Positions 38,491 through 48,413 of a DNA stretch of 54,083 nucleotides are shown here, in pieces. The position numbers and the translations under genes were made by a program. Source of the stretch: Blastocatellia bacterium (GTDB taxonomy: Bacteria; Acidobacteriota; Blastocatellia; RBC074); assembly GCA_043719385.1 (NCBI GenBank), contig JAYSTY010000534.1, positions 1 to 54,083 of the forward strand. Reading direction: 5' to 3'. Positions within the stretch are counted from its first letter, which is position 1, and each line of letters opens with the position of its first letter. The notes under the pieces were generated by a model. That model was not told the DNA's origin and ran no database searches. It saw nothing but the letters and a program-made list of their open reading frames with translations.

Positions 38491-40242
38491 ATGAGTAAGT
38501 TTTCTACTATTTTTTTTAATCAGGCAATTATCGTGTCTTGTCTGGGGCTTTCTTTGACCTGTTCAACTTTCGCACAGGATCGTAGTACTGCAAATACTTC
38601 AGCCGGAATCCCCATCGAAATTCAACAACGCAACGACGAAATCCAAAAAATTATTGAGCGCTCGGCGGATGCTTTTCAAAAAGGCGAAGAGCTTTTTAAG
38701 GCGGGAGAATACGCTCAGGCGCGGCGCAGCTATGATCGTGCCGTTGATATTATTTTAGAATTTAATGTTGACGTTCGTCGTGATGCCCGGCTCAAACAAC
38801 ATTATCAAAAATTGCTTGACGGGATTAACCTGCGCCAGGCAATGCTGGCGCAACAATTGCCCGCGCCGCTGCCGTTATCGGCTGAGGCAAAGGACGAATT
38901 GACGGATGCGCAATCCGCTCAGCTTACCAAACAAGGGCAGAAGGGAACCGGAAAAAATCCTGGTGATCCAAATTACGCTCCTTCTCCACTTGATGAAGTC
39001 TCGAAACTTAATTTGACCGAGGACGAAAGAAAAGCGACGGAAGCAGAGGCGAAAGCAGCGTTGGAAGCGGCGCGAGTGGACTTTGGCTTTAAGCCAAATG
39101 CTTTGGTGCAAAGCTGGATCAATTATTATCAGGGACGTGGGCGTTCGACGATGGAAGTCGGAATTCGCCGCTCTGGCAAATATTTAAGCAAAGTGCGCCG
39201 CATCTTCAAAGAAGAGGGCGTGCCACAGGATTTAGCGTGGCTTGGACAAGTTGAAAGCGCCTGGTTGCCACACGCTCGTTCATGGGCGGCGGCGGTTGGT
39301 CTCTGGCAATTTATTCCAGGAACTGGTGCGCGGTTCGGGCTGCGCCAGGATTACTGGATTGATGAGCGCTCAAGTTTTGAAAAAGCGACTCGTGCCTCGG
39401 CTCGTTATTTGAAATTTTTAGCCAATCGTTATGCGGGGAACTGGGAACTGGCAATGGCCGCCTATAACAGCGGCGAAGGCAATGTGGATCGTGCGATTGC
39501 GCGTTCGGGCTATGCTGATTTCTGGGAAATTTATCAACGCGGCTTGTTACCGAACGAAACCAGAAATTACGTCCCAAACATTTTGGCAACCATCATCATC
39601 TCTAAAAGCCCGGAGCGTTATGGTTTTAGTGTGAAGCAGGATGCTCCCGTCGGTTATGACACGGTGATGGTGAATAATTCGGTTGACCTGCGGCTGGCGG
39701 CTGAAGCCTGCGATACGAGCTACGAATATTTGGTTGAATTGAACCCTGAATTGAAACGGGCCATGACGCCACAGGGAATGTTGTACGGCTTGCGTGTCCC
39801 TGGTGGACGTGGCAAACAGCTTCAGGCCTGGCTCACGCGGATTCCTTCTGACAAGCGCAATTCCTGGCGGTTAATGACTGCACAAAATGGTGATTCGTTT
39901 ACAACGATTGCCAAACGTGCCGGTGTTTCCGAAGCAACTCTTTCCGCTATTAATGGTGGAGTCGAGCCAAAGGGTGGGCAAAAAATCATTATTCCAGTTG
40001 GTAGTAATGTTCGTACCGTCGCTTCCGTTGCTCCCAAAGGTGCGATGACTTCAACCAGTTCTGCTGTTGGTGGTGGTTATACAAAAGTGATTGTGTACAC
40101 GGCGAAGAGTAACGAAACTCTCAGCGACATCGCGGCTCGTTATGGTTCATCGGCGAAAGACATTGCGGCGCTCAATCGTTTGAGTGCAACTACCTCCCTG
40201 CGTGCCGGCCAAATTTTGAAAGTGCCAACGCGCAGCAAATAG
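38491..40242 (+). CDS. MltD-like lytic murein transglycosylase with LysM domains
   Basis: QVES (catalytic Glu), A.GLWQFIPGTG, AAYNSGEG and ETRNYVP motifs; two C-terminal LysM repeats. Confidence 0.92.
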   Translation: MSKFSTIFFNQAIIVSCLGLSLTCSTFAQDRSTANTSAGIPIEIQQRNDEIQKIIERSADAFQKGEELFKAGEYAQARRSYDRAVDIILEFNVDVRRDARLKQHYQKLLDGINLRQAMLAQQLPAPLPLSAEAKDELTDAQSAQLTKQGQKGTGKNPGDPNYAPSPLDEVSKLNLTEDERKATEAEAKAALEAARVDFGFKPNALVQSWINYYQGRGRSTMEVGIRRSGKYLSKVRRIFKEEGVPQDLAWLGQVESAWLPHARSWAAAVGLWQFIPGTGARFGLRQDYWIDERSSFEKATRASARYLKFLANRYAGNWELAMAAYNSGEGNVDRAIARSGYADFWEIYQRGLLPNETRNYVPNILATIIISKSPERYGFSVKQDAPVGYDTVMVNNSVDLRLAAEACDTSYEYLVELNPELKRAMTPQGMLYGLRVPGGRGKQLQAWLTRIPSDKRNSWRLMTAQNGDSFTTIAKRAGVSEATLSAINGGVEPKGGQKIIIPVGSNVRTVASVAPKGAMTSTSSAVGGGYTKVIVYTAKSNETLSDIAARYGSSAKDIAALNRLSATTSLRAGQILKVPTRSK

Positions 40243-40271
40243 TCTTTTCATAATTTCCTTTCTGGTTGCTT

Positions 40272-40314
40272 AAGCAGTAACGCATTAATTAATGCGTTAC
40301 TGCTTTTCTTTTTT
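40272..40314 (+). terminator. Intrinsic terminator
   Basis: Perfect 34-bp palindrome aagcagtaacgcattaattaatgcgttactgctt followed by ttctttttt. Confidence 0.85.
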
Positions 40315-40416
40315 ATCCTGCGCTGGCAACTTCGTCGGACATTGACTATCATTCACCCGTTCTTAGCTGTACCCGATATTCTTATAAAACTTAGTCATTT
40401 GCTCTGGAGGTGAACG

Positions 40417-41964
40417 TTGCTCTTCAAAACGCTTAGCGCAGCAGTTTACGGAATTGATGCCCAACTTGTCGAGGTTGAAGTTGATTTGACCCCGCGCCCT
40501 GGCGATTCACAAAACGATACGGCTGTGATTGTTGTCGGCTTACCTGATTTAGCTGTCCGCGAAAGCCGCGAACGAATCCGTGCGGCGATTACCAACAGCG
40601 GACTTTTTTTTCCCGTTTATAAAACGACCATTAATCTTGCACCAGCCGATGTGAAAAAAGAAGGCTCGGCGTTTGACCTGCCCATTGCCATCGGGATTCT
40701 GGGTGCTAACGGCGATCTCCAGCGCGAAGATTTAGGTGATACTTTGCTGGTTGGTGAACTTGCTCTTGATGGTCGTGTGCGAGCGATTCGCGGTGCTTTG
40801 CCAATAGCTGTTGCCGCCAAACGGAATAACCTCAAGCGCCTGATTTTGCCTGCTGAAAATGCCCGCGAAGCTGCCGTCGTCAACGGTCTGGATGTTTATG
40901 CCGTGAGTGATTTGCGCGAAGTGATTGATTTGCTGAATGCCGAGACAATGCCAGAGCCGCTGAAAATTGATACTGAAGCTCTGTTGAGTGAAGCAGATCG
41001 CTACCCGATTGATTTTAGTGAAGTCCGGGGACAATTCAGTGCCAAGCGCGCGATTGAAATTGCGACCTCGGGGGGGCACAATATTTTGATGATTGGGCCG
41101 CCGGGATCAGGCAAGACCATGCTTGCCAAACGTGTCCCCACGATTTTGCCTCCGATCACTTTTGATGAGGCGTTAGAGACCACAAAAATTCATAGCGTGA
41201 CCGGATTATCTGATTCGCATGGCTTAGTGCGCCAGCGTCCTTTTCGCTCGCCGCATCACACGATTTCCGATGCCGGGTTAATCGGTGGCGGCGCGATTCC
41301 AAGACCTGGCGAAGTCTCGTTAGCCCATAACGGCGTTTTATTTCTCGACGAGCTGCCAGAGTTTGAGCGCAACGTTTTGGAAGTTTTACGGCAGCCGCTC
41401 GAAGATCATAAAGTGACGATCAGTCGGGCGGCGATGTCGCTGACCTTTCCGTCAAGTTTTATGCTCGTCGCCGCGATGAACCCCTGTCCATGCGGTTTTT
41501 TCAATGATCCAACGCGTGATTGCAAATGTAGTCCGCCGCAAATCCAGCGCTACATTGCCAAAATTTCCGGGCCATTGCTGGACCGCATAGACATTCATAT
41601 TGATGTGCCAGCGGTCAAAGTCCGTGAGCTTTCCGAGGCCGAAGCCGCCGAAGGTTCCGCCGAAATTCGCGCACGCGTGAAGCAGGCGCGGCAGCTTCAG
41701 CAGGAACGCTACGCCGGAGAAAATGTTTTTTGCAATGCGCAAATGACGCCGCGTTTGTTGCGGAAATATTGTCAGTTGGAGGTGGCGACGCAAACGATGC
41801 TGGAACGTGCGATTACGAAATATGGCTTGTCGGCGCGGGCGTATGACCGGATTCTGAAAGTCAGTCGCACCATCGCTGATTTGGAAGGAGTCGAGCAGGT
41901 CAGCGGCGATCATATCGCCGAAGCCGTGAATTTCAGGACGCTGGATCGCAATTATTGGCAATGA
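40417..41964 (+). CDS. comM: YifB/ComM Mg-chelatase-like AAA+ ATPase
   Basis: [59 protein letters not shown] and NPCPCG motifs; GGAGG RBS before TTG start. Confidence 0.93.
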   Translation: MLFKTLSAAVYGIDAQLVEVEVDLTPRPGDSQNDTAVIVVGLPDLAVRESRERIRAAITNSGLFFPVYKTTINLAPADVKKEGSAFDLPIAIGILGANGDLQREDLGDTLLVGELALDGRVRAIRGALPIAVAAKRNNLKRLILPAENAREAAVVNGLDVYAVSDLREVIDLLNAETMPEPLKIDTEALLSEADRYPIDFSEVRGQFSAKRAIEIATSGGHNILMIGPPGSGKTMLAKRVPTILPPITFDEALETTKIHSVTGLSDSHGLVRQRPFRSPHHTISDAGLIGGGAIPRPGEVSLAHNGVLFLDELPEFERNVLEVLRQPLEDHKVTISRAAMSLTFPSSFMLVAAMNPCPCGFFNDPTRDCKCSPPQIQRYIAKISGPLLDRIDIHIDVPAVKVRELSEAEAAEGSAEIRARVKQARQLQQERYAGENVFCNAQMTPRLLRKYCQLEVATQTMLERAITKYGLSARAYDRILKVSRTIADLEGVEQVSGDHIAEAVNFRTLDRNYWQ

Positions 41965-41989
41965 GTATCCGCCATCTTACTCACTCACT

Positions 41990-43179
41990 TCATTCTGTGA
42001 CGAACAGGCTCGACACCTGCTGGTAGGTTGAATAGAGATAAGCTTGCTGATCGTCAGAAATAAAGATCGGGACGAGGGAAATTATCCCAACGCGACTGGG
42101 AGGTGCCATCGCTTTAAAAAATTCGCGGCGTCCGGTAGCGACATCAACCCGTTCGACGCGACAGGGAATATCGCGTCCGCGATAGACGAACCAGGCACGC
42201 CCCTCGCCGCTCCATTGCACGACGTTATCCTCTGCCGTCAGCCAGAGCTGTCTTCAGTAAATAAAACCATGCGTCCGTCCTGTGATAGCGCTTTGGATTT
42301 TGAGGTTCTGAGCCATGAAAGATGAATATCCTCAGTAGTGTTGGGTGGTACACCAGGCGTATGCACCATCGCGGTATAACGATAATCCAGGCGATTCACC
42401 AGCCATCTTCCACTATTGGCATCCGGCGCGACCGCCTGCAGCATTAACCCGCCTGGCGCTTGCTCGGCGATGCGCCGCACACCTGCCAGCGTCACGGCGA
42501 AGATTACGAAATCGCCGCCGCTCAGGCTGGCGGAGAACATGACTTCTTTGCCATCTGGTGACCAGGCCAGGCCGCGCTCGCTCCAATAACCATCGCTCAG
42601 CATGGTTTTTTGGCCTTTCAGATCAACCACGCTGACCGCGCCTTTGTCATCAAGTTTTTTCGGGTGATCGAAAAACGCGATGCGTGTGCCGTCGGGCGAA
42701 AAACGCGGATCGGTCAACATGCCGCTGATTTCATACAGTACGTTGCCGATGGGGTACTTTTTCGCCGACTTCACGAATGATAGCGAGTTGCGAACCATCG
42801 GGCGACCAGGCCGCGTGTTTGACGTTTTCGAGTAGCTCGCGGGGCGAACCACCAACCAGCGGCATCCGTGCCAGCGTTCCGCTGAACGTTCTGAAACGCT
42901 GCCAGAAAGAATCTTATAGTAACTGATCTGTTTACCTGAAGCAGAAGCTCCAGCAGGCACAGGCTGATTTTGTGCGAGGAGCGTGGCGGCAACGCCGATT
43001 GCCGGACGCGAGAGAAATTCTGCGGACTCGACGTGATTTGCCAGCAGCTTTTCAACTTCAGCACGCAAGGCCATATCGGCGCTGCAAGCCTGCGCCAGAA
43101 ACGCCGCGCGCTGTTCGGGGGCGAGTTCCAGCGCTGCATCAAAAAGCTGACCAATGCGTTGGTAGCGTTCAGGGGTCAT
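41990..43179 (-). pseudogene. Decayed membrane Ser/Thr kinase (kinase domain and TM deleted; PD40 propeller fragments in several frames)
   Basis: Starts MTPERYQRIGQLF...GKQISYYKILS like the intact kinase at 54001, then breaks before the Gly-rich loop. An alternative frame gives GTLARMPLVGGSPRELLENVKHAAWSPDG. The original frame resumes at YPIGNVLYE and stops at 42238. The C-terminus (QWSGEG...SSLFVTE) is in a separate ORF, 41990-42220. Confidence 0.9.
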
Positions 43180-43748
43180 GAAATTGCACTCAATTGTTGA
43201 TGTAACCAGGCCTGTGCCATCCGCCAGTCGCGTCGCACAGTACTGAGGGAAACCTTCATTACTTCGGCAACTTCCTCAAGGCTCAGTCCGCCAAAGAAAC
43301 GCAACTCAACAGTCCGAGCCTGACGCGGATCAAGTTTTTCCAGGGTTGTCAGCGCATCATCAAGCGCTACAAGATCGGGATTGTTCTGCGTACTGACGGT
43401 AGTAGCATCGGTAAGAGAAACCTGGATAGCCTGACCGCCGCGTTTCGTGGCTTGTTGTTCGCGGGCAAATTGCACCAGAATATGTCGCATCAGTGTCGCT
43501 GAAACGCCAAAAAAATGCGCACGGTTTTGCCACTCGACCTGCTGCCAATCAATCAGTCGCACAAAAGCTTCGTTGACTAACGCCGTAGTTTGCAATACAT
43601 GCCCACGCCGCTCGCCTGCCAGATAACCGTGCGCCAGACGATGCAATTCGCGGTACACCAGCGGCGTGAGTTGTGCCAGCGCATCCTGATCTCCATGGTT
43701 CCAGGCGACCAGTAATTGCGTGATGTTTGGGGGGGTGGGGAGGTTCAT
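43176..43748 (-). CDS. ECF sigma factor, TIGR02999 / kinase-associated (ECF43-like) type
   Basis: ITQLL.AW..GD..AL..L.PLVY.EL, LQTTALVNEA, W.NRAHFF, LDDAL..L...DPRQ..VELRFFGGL and DW..A.AWL motifs. The stop overlaps the kinase start (ATGA). Confidence 0.95.
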   Translation of the reverse strand: MNLPTPPNITQLLVAWNHGDQDALAQLTPLVYRELHRLAHGYLAGERRGHVLQTTALVNEAFVRLIDWQQVEWQNRAHFFGVSATLMRHILVQFAREQQATKRGGQAIQVSLTDATTVSTQNNPDLVALDDALTTLEKLDPRQARTVELRFFGGLSLEEVAEVMKVSLSTVRRDWRMAQAWLHQQLSAIS

Positions 43749-43845
43749 AATTTCACAGTTCGCTACAGCAACTACCTGGCTAATTTATCACATCAGACTA
43801 CGCTCAGCCATCACCCTGTTTTCTGGCAATTATTTTTTGCCCCCA

Positions 43846-43875
43846 TGAGCACTTTTGCCTGCCAATTCCCCCTTA
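43846..43875 (+). promoter_or_regulatory. Repeated 30-bp motif, copy 1 (candidate ECF promoter)
   Basis: tgagcacttttgcctgccaattccccctta, preceded by an A/T tract and divergent from the sigma gene. Confidence 0.7.
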
Positions 43876-44162
43876 TCCAATGAGAGTAAGAAATAACAAC
43901 CATGAATTTTCTTTGCAAAGGATGAGGGGCTTTGCTTTTGTCTTACGCTTTACCCATTAGAAGGAGAGCGAACGCACAATTCACCGCTCTCGTTAGAGCT
44001 AAAAACAACGCCAGATTTTCAAAGGAAAATTATGACGACATCATATGACGACATCAATGGAAGCAGCATAAATTATTGGGCGGCTGTTGCTTGAAACGAG
44101 TGGGGCAACAGTCACAGAGCCTTTTTGCTTTGACACTCACTTGAACAAAACAGGAGAAAGTT

Positions 44163-44618
44163 ATGAAACCTAATCGCTTTGTTATCGCTTCGCTCGTCGC
44201 CCTTGTGCTGACGTTGAGCGTCGTTGTTTTCGCACAAGTCAGTCGCCCGTATCGCAACGGCTCGGCATGGAACATCGGCTATATCCGCATGAAGCCTGGC
44301 ATGGAATCGGCTTATTTGAGCTACCTTGCCGGCGACTGGAAACGCGAGCAGGAAGCATTGAAAAAAGACGGGCAAATTCTTTCCTATAAAATTATCCAGA
44401 CCGAAGCACACGGCACAACTGATTTTAATTTGATGATCATGACCGAATACAAAGACCTGGCAACGCGGGAAGCCAATGAAGCTAAAGCCGACGTACTGTT
44501 ACAAAAAGTCATCGGTGATGACGATAAGCAAAGACAAGGCTATCGGGAACGGCTTGAGATTCGGGAAGTCCTGGCCAACCGACTTGGCAGAGAAATAGTT
44601 CTTGAACCCAAACGGTAA
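44163..44618 (+). CDS. Exported uncharacterised protein (possible dimeric alpha-beta barrel)
   Basis: CAGGAG RBS; signal peptide ending VFA-Q; IRMKPGM..AYL.YL...WK...EALKK.G.ILSYK. Confidence 0.8.
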   Translation: MKPNRFVIASLVALVLTLSVVVFAQVSRPYRNGSAWNIGYIRMKPGMESAYLSYLAGDWKREQEALKKDGQILSYKIIQTEAHGTTDFNLMIMTEYKDLATREANEAKADVLLQKVIGDDDKQRQGYRERLEIREVLANRLGREIVLEPKR

Positions 44619-44654
44619 TACTTTTTCAGCGGCGTGAACCACTACGTCGCCGCG

Positions 44655-44690
44655 AAGGCCGCGCAACCTGTTGAAGTTGCGCGACCTTTT
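44655..44690 (+). terminator. Probable intrinsic terminator
   Basis: aaggccgcgcaac-loop-gttgcgcgacctttt. Confidence 0.6.
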
Positions 44691-44768
44691 CTAAAGAGGA
44701 ATTGAAATGGCACATCAATGCTGTCTCAACCATCGGACAAGGCGTGCTGAAAATATTTTTTTGCGGCA

Positions 44769-44798
44769 TGAACACTTTTGCCCGCCAATTTCCCCTTA
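44769..44798 (+). promoter_or_regulatory. Repeated 30-bp motif, copy 2 (candidate ECF promoter)
   Basis: tgaacacttttgcccgccaatttcccctta, preceded by aaatattttttt, 90 nt before ATG 44889. Confidence 0.7.
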
Positions 44799-44888
44799 CA
44801 TATTAAGAGCAATCGTAACGCAGCAGTTCAGAGAAGAGCGTGACGTTTTGCCCGATTTTTTACATCACAAAAGGAGAAAAACAAAGTT

Positions 44889-45314
44889 ATGAAAACATTT
44901 GACAAAATTATTCGTCTTTCAGCCGCCCTCGCCATTGCGATGGCAGTGTTCCTGACCGGATTGAGCGCACGCACTGAGGCGCACCCGGCCAGCAAAATCC
45001 TGGCTTTCTCGAACGTCGAGAAGCACGTTCATATCAAGGTTGAAATTCACGGAGATATTGACGGTCATACAGCGGAATCGGTCGAGCATCTGATTGCCGA
45101 ATGGCTGGAAGCCGCGAAGCTTGTGGTTGAGCATACAGCGGGTGCGAATGCGCTCGAACTGCATGTGGTTTTGAATGTAACGGACAATCATCATTTCACC
45201 ATTCATGAAGATTGCGGCGATTGGCACGAAGAAAAAGAAGCAGCCGTGCTGGATGCCATTGATGACATCCTCCATCACATGACCGAGGATTTTATTGAGA
45301 AATTCAGTCATTAA
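44889..45314 (+). CDS. Exported His/acidic-rich small protein
   Basis: AAAAGGAG RBS; signal peptide; 15 His in 141 aa by hand count. Confidence 0.8.
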   Translation: MKTFDKIIRLSAALAIAMAVFLTGLSARTEAHPASKILAFSNVEKHVHIKVEIHGDIDGHTAESVEHLIAEWLEAAKLVVEHTAGANALELHVVLNVTDNHHFTIHEDCGDWHEEKEAAVLDAIDDILHHMTEDFIEKFSH

Positions 45315-45411
45315 TCAGCGGCTTTTCCCAGCAGTAAACCCCGTACCAGCAGCCCTCCCAGAATGCCGGGACATAGATAGGTGGCTGCCCATAACGACAA
45401 GGAGATAAGTA

Positions 45412-46026
45412 ATGAAAAGCCTGAAAACAGTTTTAGGTTGCGTGATCGCACTGGCGGTGATTGCCATGTGCGGTTCCGTAACCAGCCCGCTGAGCGCGAA
45501 ATCGGTGAATGCTCTGCCGCAGCAAAAGAAGCCGCCCGCCTCAAAGGTAGTGCCACATCCCGAAAATTGGATCACGTTGACGGATAAAAAAAAGGGTTAT
45601 TCCTTTGACGTGCCGCAAGGGACAGTAAGCGGCACCCAGAAATCCAGCGAACTGGATTTATTCATGGCTGTACCTCCTGAACCCTACGCTGTCGGAGTGT
45701 TAGTGATGGCCTTCAAAGACCCGAAATTATCGAAGGACGACCTGATAAATTTCGCCACAGGTGCGATGGACGGTATGAATGTCAAGAACTTCAAAGTCGT
45801 AGACGTGGTCGAATTGAGCGACGATTACAGTTTAGGGACATACACCGCGCTCAATAAGGAAGGAAAACCGATTAGAGGCAAAGTGCTGGTCGCCACGGAT
45901 GTCACCGACAACTACGTGATGATCGTCGGAACTGAAGTAAGCAAGTACAAAGCGAACGAAGAAATCATAGATGAAATCTGGGGTAGCTTCACGATGCGCA
46001 GCGGCGGCGCAAGCGGCAAGAGCTAA
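45412..46026 (+). CDS. Exported uncharacterised protein, paralog A (possible PsbP/DcrB-like fold)
   Basis: AAGGAG RBS; signal peptide; strong similarity to 46087..46737. Confidence 0.8.
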   Translation: MKSLKTVLGCVIALAVIAMCGSVTSPLSAKSVNALPQQKKPPASKVVPHPENWITLTDKKKGYSFDVPQGTVSGTQKSSELDLFMAVPPEPYAVGVLVMAFKDPKLSKDDLINFATGAMDGMNVKNFKVVDVVELSDDYSLGTYTALNKEGKPIRGKVLVATDVTDNYVMIVGTEVSKYKANEEIIDEIWGSFTMRSGGASGKS

Positions 46027-46086
46027 AACACTAATAATACAAGGCGGACAGTGATCGCCTTCAACCAATAACAGGGAGACTACGCA

Positions 46087-46737
46087 ATGAAAAACATAAA
46101 AGTAATTTTAGGTTGCCTGGCAGCGCTGACAATAATTTCACCAGGCTGTACCGTGACCACCAGTGGGAGTTTGAAAGGGAGTGCGACACCACCACCCACC
46201 ACTAAAGCCGAAACAAAGGCTGCACCAGCGGGAGCAAAGACGATCCCCGCCTCGAAGGTTGTGCCGGTTCCTGCGAACTGGATCACCATGGCTGATGACC
46301 TGAAAGGGTATTCTTTTGAAGTACCAGAAGGAACAGAGCGCAGCACCCAAAAATCCAATGGCATGGATATATTCCTGGCCTCAACCCCTGAACCGACCGC
46401 AGTCGGAATCATGGTGATGGCCTTCAAGGATCCGAAATTGACGAAAGATGACCTGGTCAAAGTTGCGACGGGCGGGCTTGAAGGGTTGGGCGCGAAGAAT
46501 ATCAAGATCGGCAGCCTGACTGAATTAAGTCCTGATTATAGCGTGGGGACGTATTCAGCAATCAATGAAGAAGGGAAGCCAGTCAAAGGCAAAGTGCTGG
46601 TGGCGACGGATATCAGTGATAACTATGTGATGGTGCTTGGAGCCGAAGAACCGGAATACAAAGCGAACGAGAAAATCATCGACGAAATTTGGGGGAGCTT
46701 CGCAATGCGCAGCGGCGGAGCCAGCGGCAAAAATTAG
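46087..46737 (+). CDS. Putative lipoprotein, paralog B
   Basis: Lipobox-like ISPG-C; shares PASKVVP.P.NWIT, VMAFKDPKL.KDDL, GKVLVATD and IIDEIWGSF.MRSGGASGK with paralog A. Confidence 0.8.
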   Translation: MKNIKVILGCLAALTIISPGCTVTTSGSLKGSATPPPTTKAETKAAPAGAKTIPASKVVPVPANWITMADDLKGYSFEVPEGTERSTQKSNGMDIFLASTPEPTAVGIMVMAFKDPKLTKDDLVKVATGGLEGLGAKNIKIGSLTELSPDYSVGTYSAINEEGKPVKGKVLVATDISDNYVMVLGAEEPEYKANEKIIDEIWGSFAMRSGGASGKN

Positions 46738-46739
46738 CA

Positions 46740-46800
46740 GAGGGCTGACTGCATCAGGGGAGTGTGCGCGTCGTGTCCTCACCCTGATGCAGTTGCCCTC
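46740..46800. other. Long intergenic stem-loop
   Basis: gagggc..actgcatcaggg pairs with ccctgatgcagt.gccctc; no U-tract follows. Confidence 0.55.
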
Positions 46801-46841
46801 TGAATTTAAACCTACGAAAAAAGCATTGAGGGGGATTACCA

Positions 46842-47663
46842 ATGAATCATTATTTCATTTCACGTCCAGCAGCGCTGACTTTTGCCGTACTTCTGATAAT
46901 AGGAGTTCTGGGAATTTACGCTTTGCCTTTTGCCGGAGCTGCCAGAGCGCAATCCAAACCAGCAGGCAAAGGCAGTTTCAAAGTTGGCTTCTCGCCGTTA
47001 AGTAAAAACAAAAATCTCAAATCAGCCATGAACGCCGAAGCTCGCAAAGCGCTGCAAGAACTGGCCGATGACATGAACAAGGTCTTCGCTCTGCCTCAGG
47101 ATCTTTATTTTACCGAAGCTACCTGCGGAGAAGCCAACGCGTTTTACGATCCAGACGCCAAACAAATCACCATGTGTATTGAGTTGATCAAGGATTTAGA
47201 GAAGAGCTTTGGCAAGGAATTCAAGGACAAACAGGAAGCAGCAGAAGCCGTAGAAGACGCTACATTGCTTATTTTCTTTCAAGAACTCGGTCATGCCCTG
47301 ATTGATCTTTACGATCTGCCGGTGACGGGAAAAGAGGAAGACGCCGTGGATCAACTCGCAGCCTTGATCGTGGCGGATGGCAGTCCCGAAGGCGCGGCAG
47401 CCGTCTTTAACGGAGCCTTGTCATTTGCGCTCGCCGCTGGCGATGGAGATTTGGATGAATCAGCTTTTTCGGATGAGCATTCGTTGAATCAACAACGCTT
47501 TTACAACCTTGTTTGCCTGCTTTATGGGCAAGACCCCAAGACGCATCAAGGATTAGTCAAAGAAAATGTCCTGCCCAAACAACGAGCGCAGCAATGCCCG
47601 TCCGAATACGACCGCGCCGATAAAGCCTGGAGTAAACTTTTGAGTCCACACCTCAAAAACTGA
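46842..47663 (+). CDS. DUF4344-like putative metallopeptidase with altered Zn motif
   Basis: CGEANAFYDP....ITMC.EL, ELGHALID..DLPVTGKEEDAVDQLA and DEHSL..QRFYN..C..YG motifs. HExxH reads QELGH here. Confidence 0.85.
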   Translation: MNHYFISRPAALTFAVLLIIGVLGIYALPFAGAARAQSKPAGKGSFKVGFSPLSKNKNLKSAMNAEARKALQELADDMNKVFALPQDLYFTEATCGEANAFYDPDAKQITMCIELIKDLEKSFGKEFKDKQEAAEAVEDATLLIFFQELGHALIDLYDLPVTGKEEDAVDQLAALIVADGSPEGAAAVFNGALSFALAAGDGDLDESAFSDEHSLNQQRFYNLVCLLYGQDPKTHQGLVKENVLPKQRAQQCPSEYDRADKAWSKLLSPHLKN

Positions 47664-47737
47664 GGAGACTCGTCAGTTTTTATTACCAGATAAGTTGAAA
47701 CAAGAACCCTTAAACTACCTGAAGGAAAAAAACAGAT

Positions 47738-48163
47738 ATGCAAACAAAACAATTTTATTTTACGCTTGGTATCATCTTCCTGCTCGCCGCTGGCTCGGCT
47801 TGTTCATTCAACGTCTCGACAGCCAATATGTCCAGCCTGAAACTGGGCAAGGAAAAACCTGTCAGCCAGGAAGTCAGCAACTTTGACCTCCACGATACCA
47901 TTTACGCCACTGCCGTCATCTCGAACAATCCCGGAGCGGTTAAAGTCAAAGGTCACATCATCATTGAGGATGTTGCCGGGCAAAAGCCAGGACCAATTCC
48001 AAGCCTGGAAATAATTGTGGAGATGACCAGTAGCGGAGACGCGAATTTCACCTTTACCCCGAATAATCCCTGGCCCGCTGGCAAATATAAATTTGAAGCC
48101 TTGATGCTGGATGAAAATGGCGAGCAAAAAGATCAGAAATCGGTACCGTTTACCATTTCCTGA
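47738..48163 (+). CDS. Putative lipoprotein, beta-sandwich-like
   Basis: Lipobox-like GSA-C followed by SFNVSTAN; WPAGKYKFE. Confidence 0.75.
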   Translation: MQTKQFYFTLGIIFLLAAGSACSFNVSTANMSSLKLGKEKPVSQEVSNFDLHDTIYATAVISNNPGAVKVKGHIIIEDVAGQKPGPIPSLEIIVEMTSSGDANFTFTPNNPWPAGKYKFEALMLDENGEQKDQKSVPFTIS

Positions 48164-48192
48164 TCCTGCATTTTCCAAATGGTTCGAGCGAG

Positions 48193-48232
48193 CGATGCAC
48201 AGGGATAGAGGCAACCCCCGGTGCATCGTTTT
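48193..48232 (+). terminator. Probable intrinsic terminator
   Basis: cgatgcac...gtgcatcg followed by tttt. Confidence 0.55.
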
Positions 48233-48413
48233 CTTCGTTGCAAATCAAGGGGGAACGAAATACTACAAACAGAAAGGATAATGAAATGTCACAAGCAGCA
48301 ACGGAACAACTCACCCGCATCATGCCGAGCGCTTGGCTAATAACGCGCCAAAATTAGTAACCGATTAACCGTGCTGCACCAGCAGCCCCAAACCCAACAA
48401 GGAGAATCGCATT

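Noticed and set aside
40417-41989. comM interrupted by an integrative element
   Set aside because: comM is a known integration hotspot, but the gene is intact here. No integrase or att-like direct repeat was seen, although the accessory region begins right after it.
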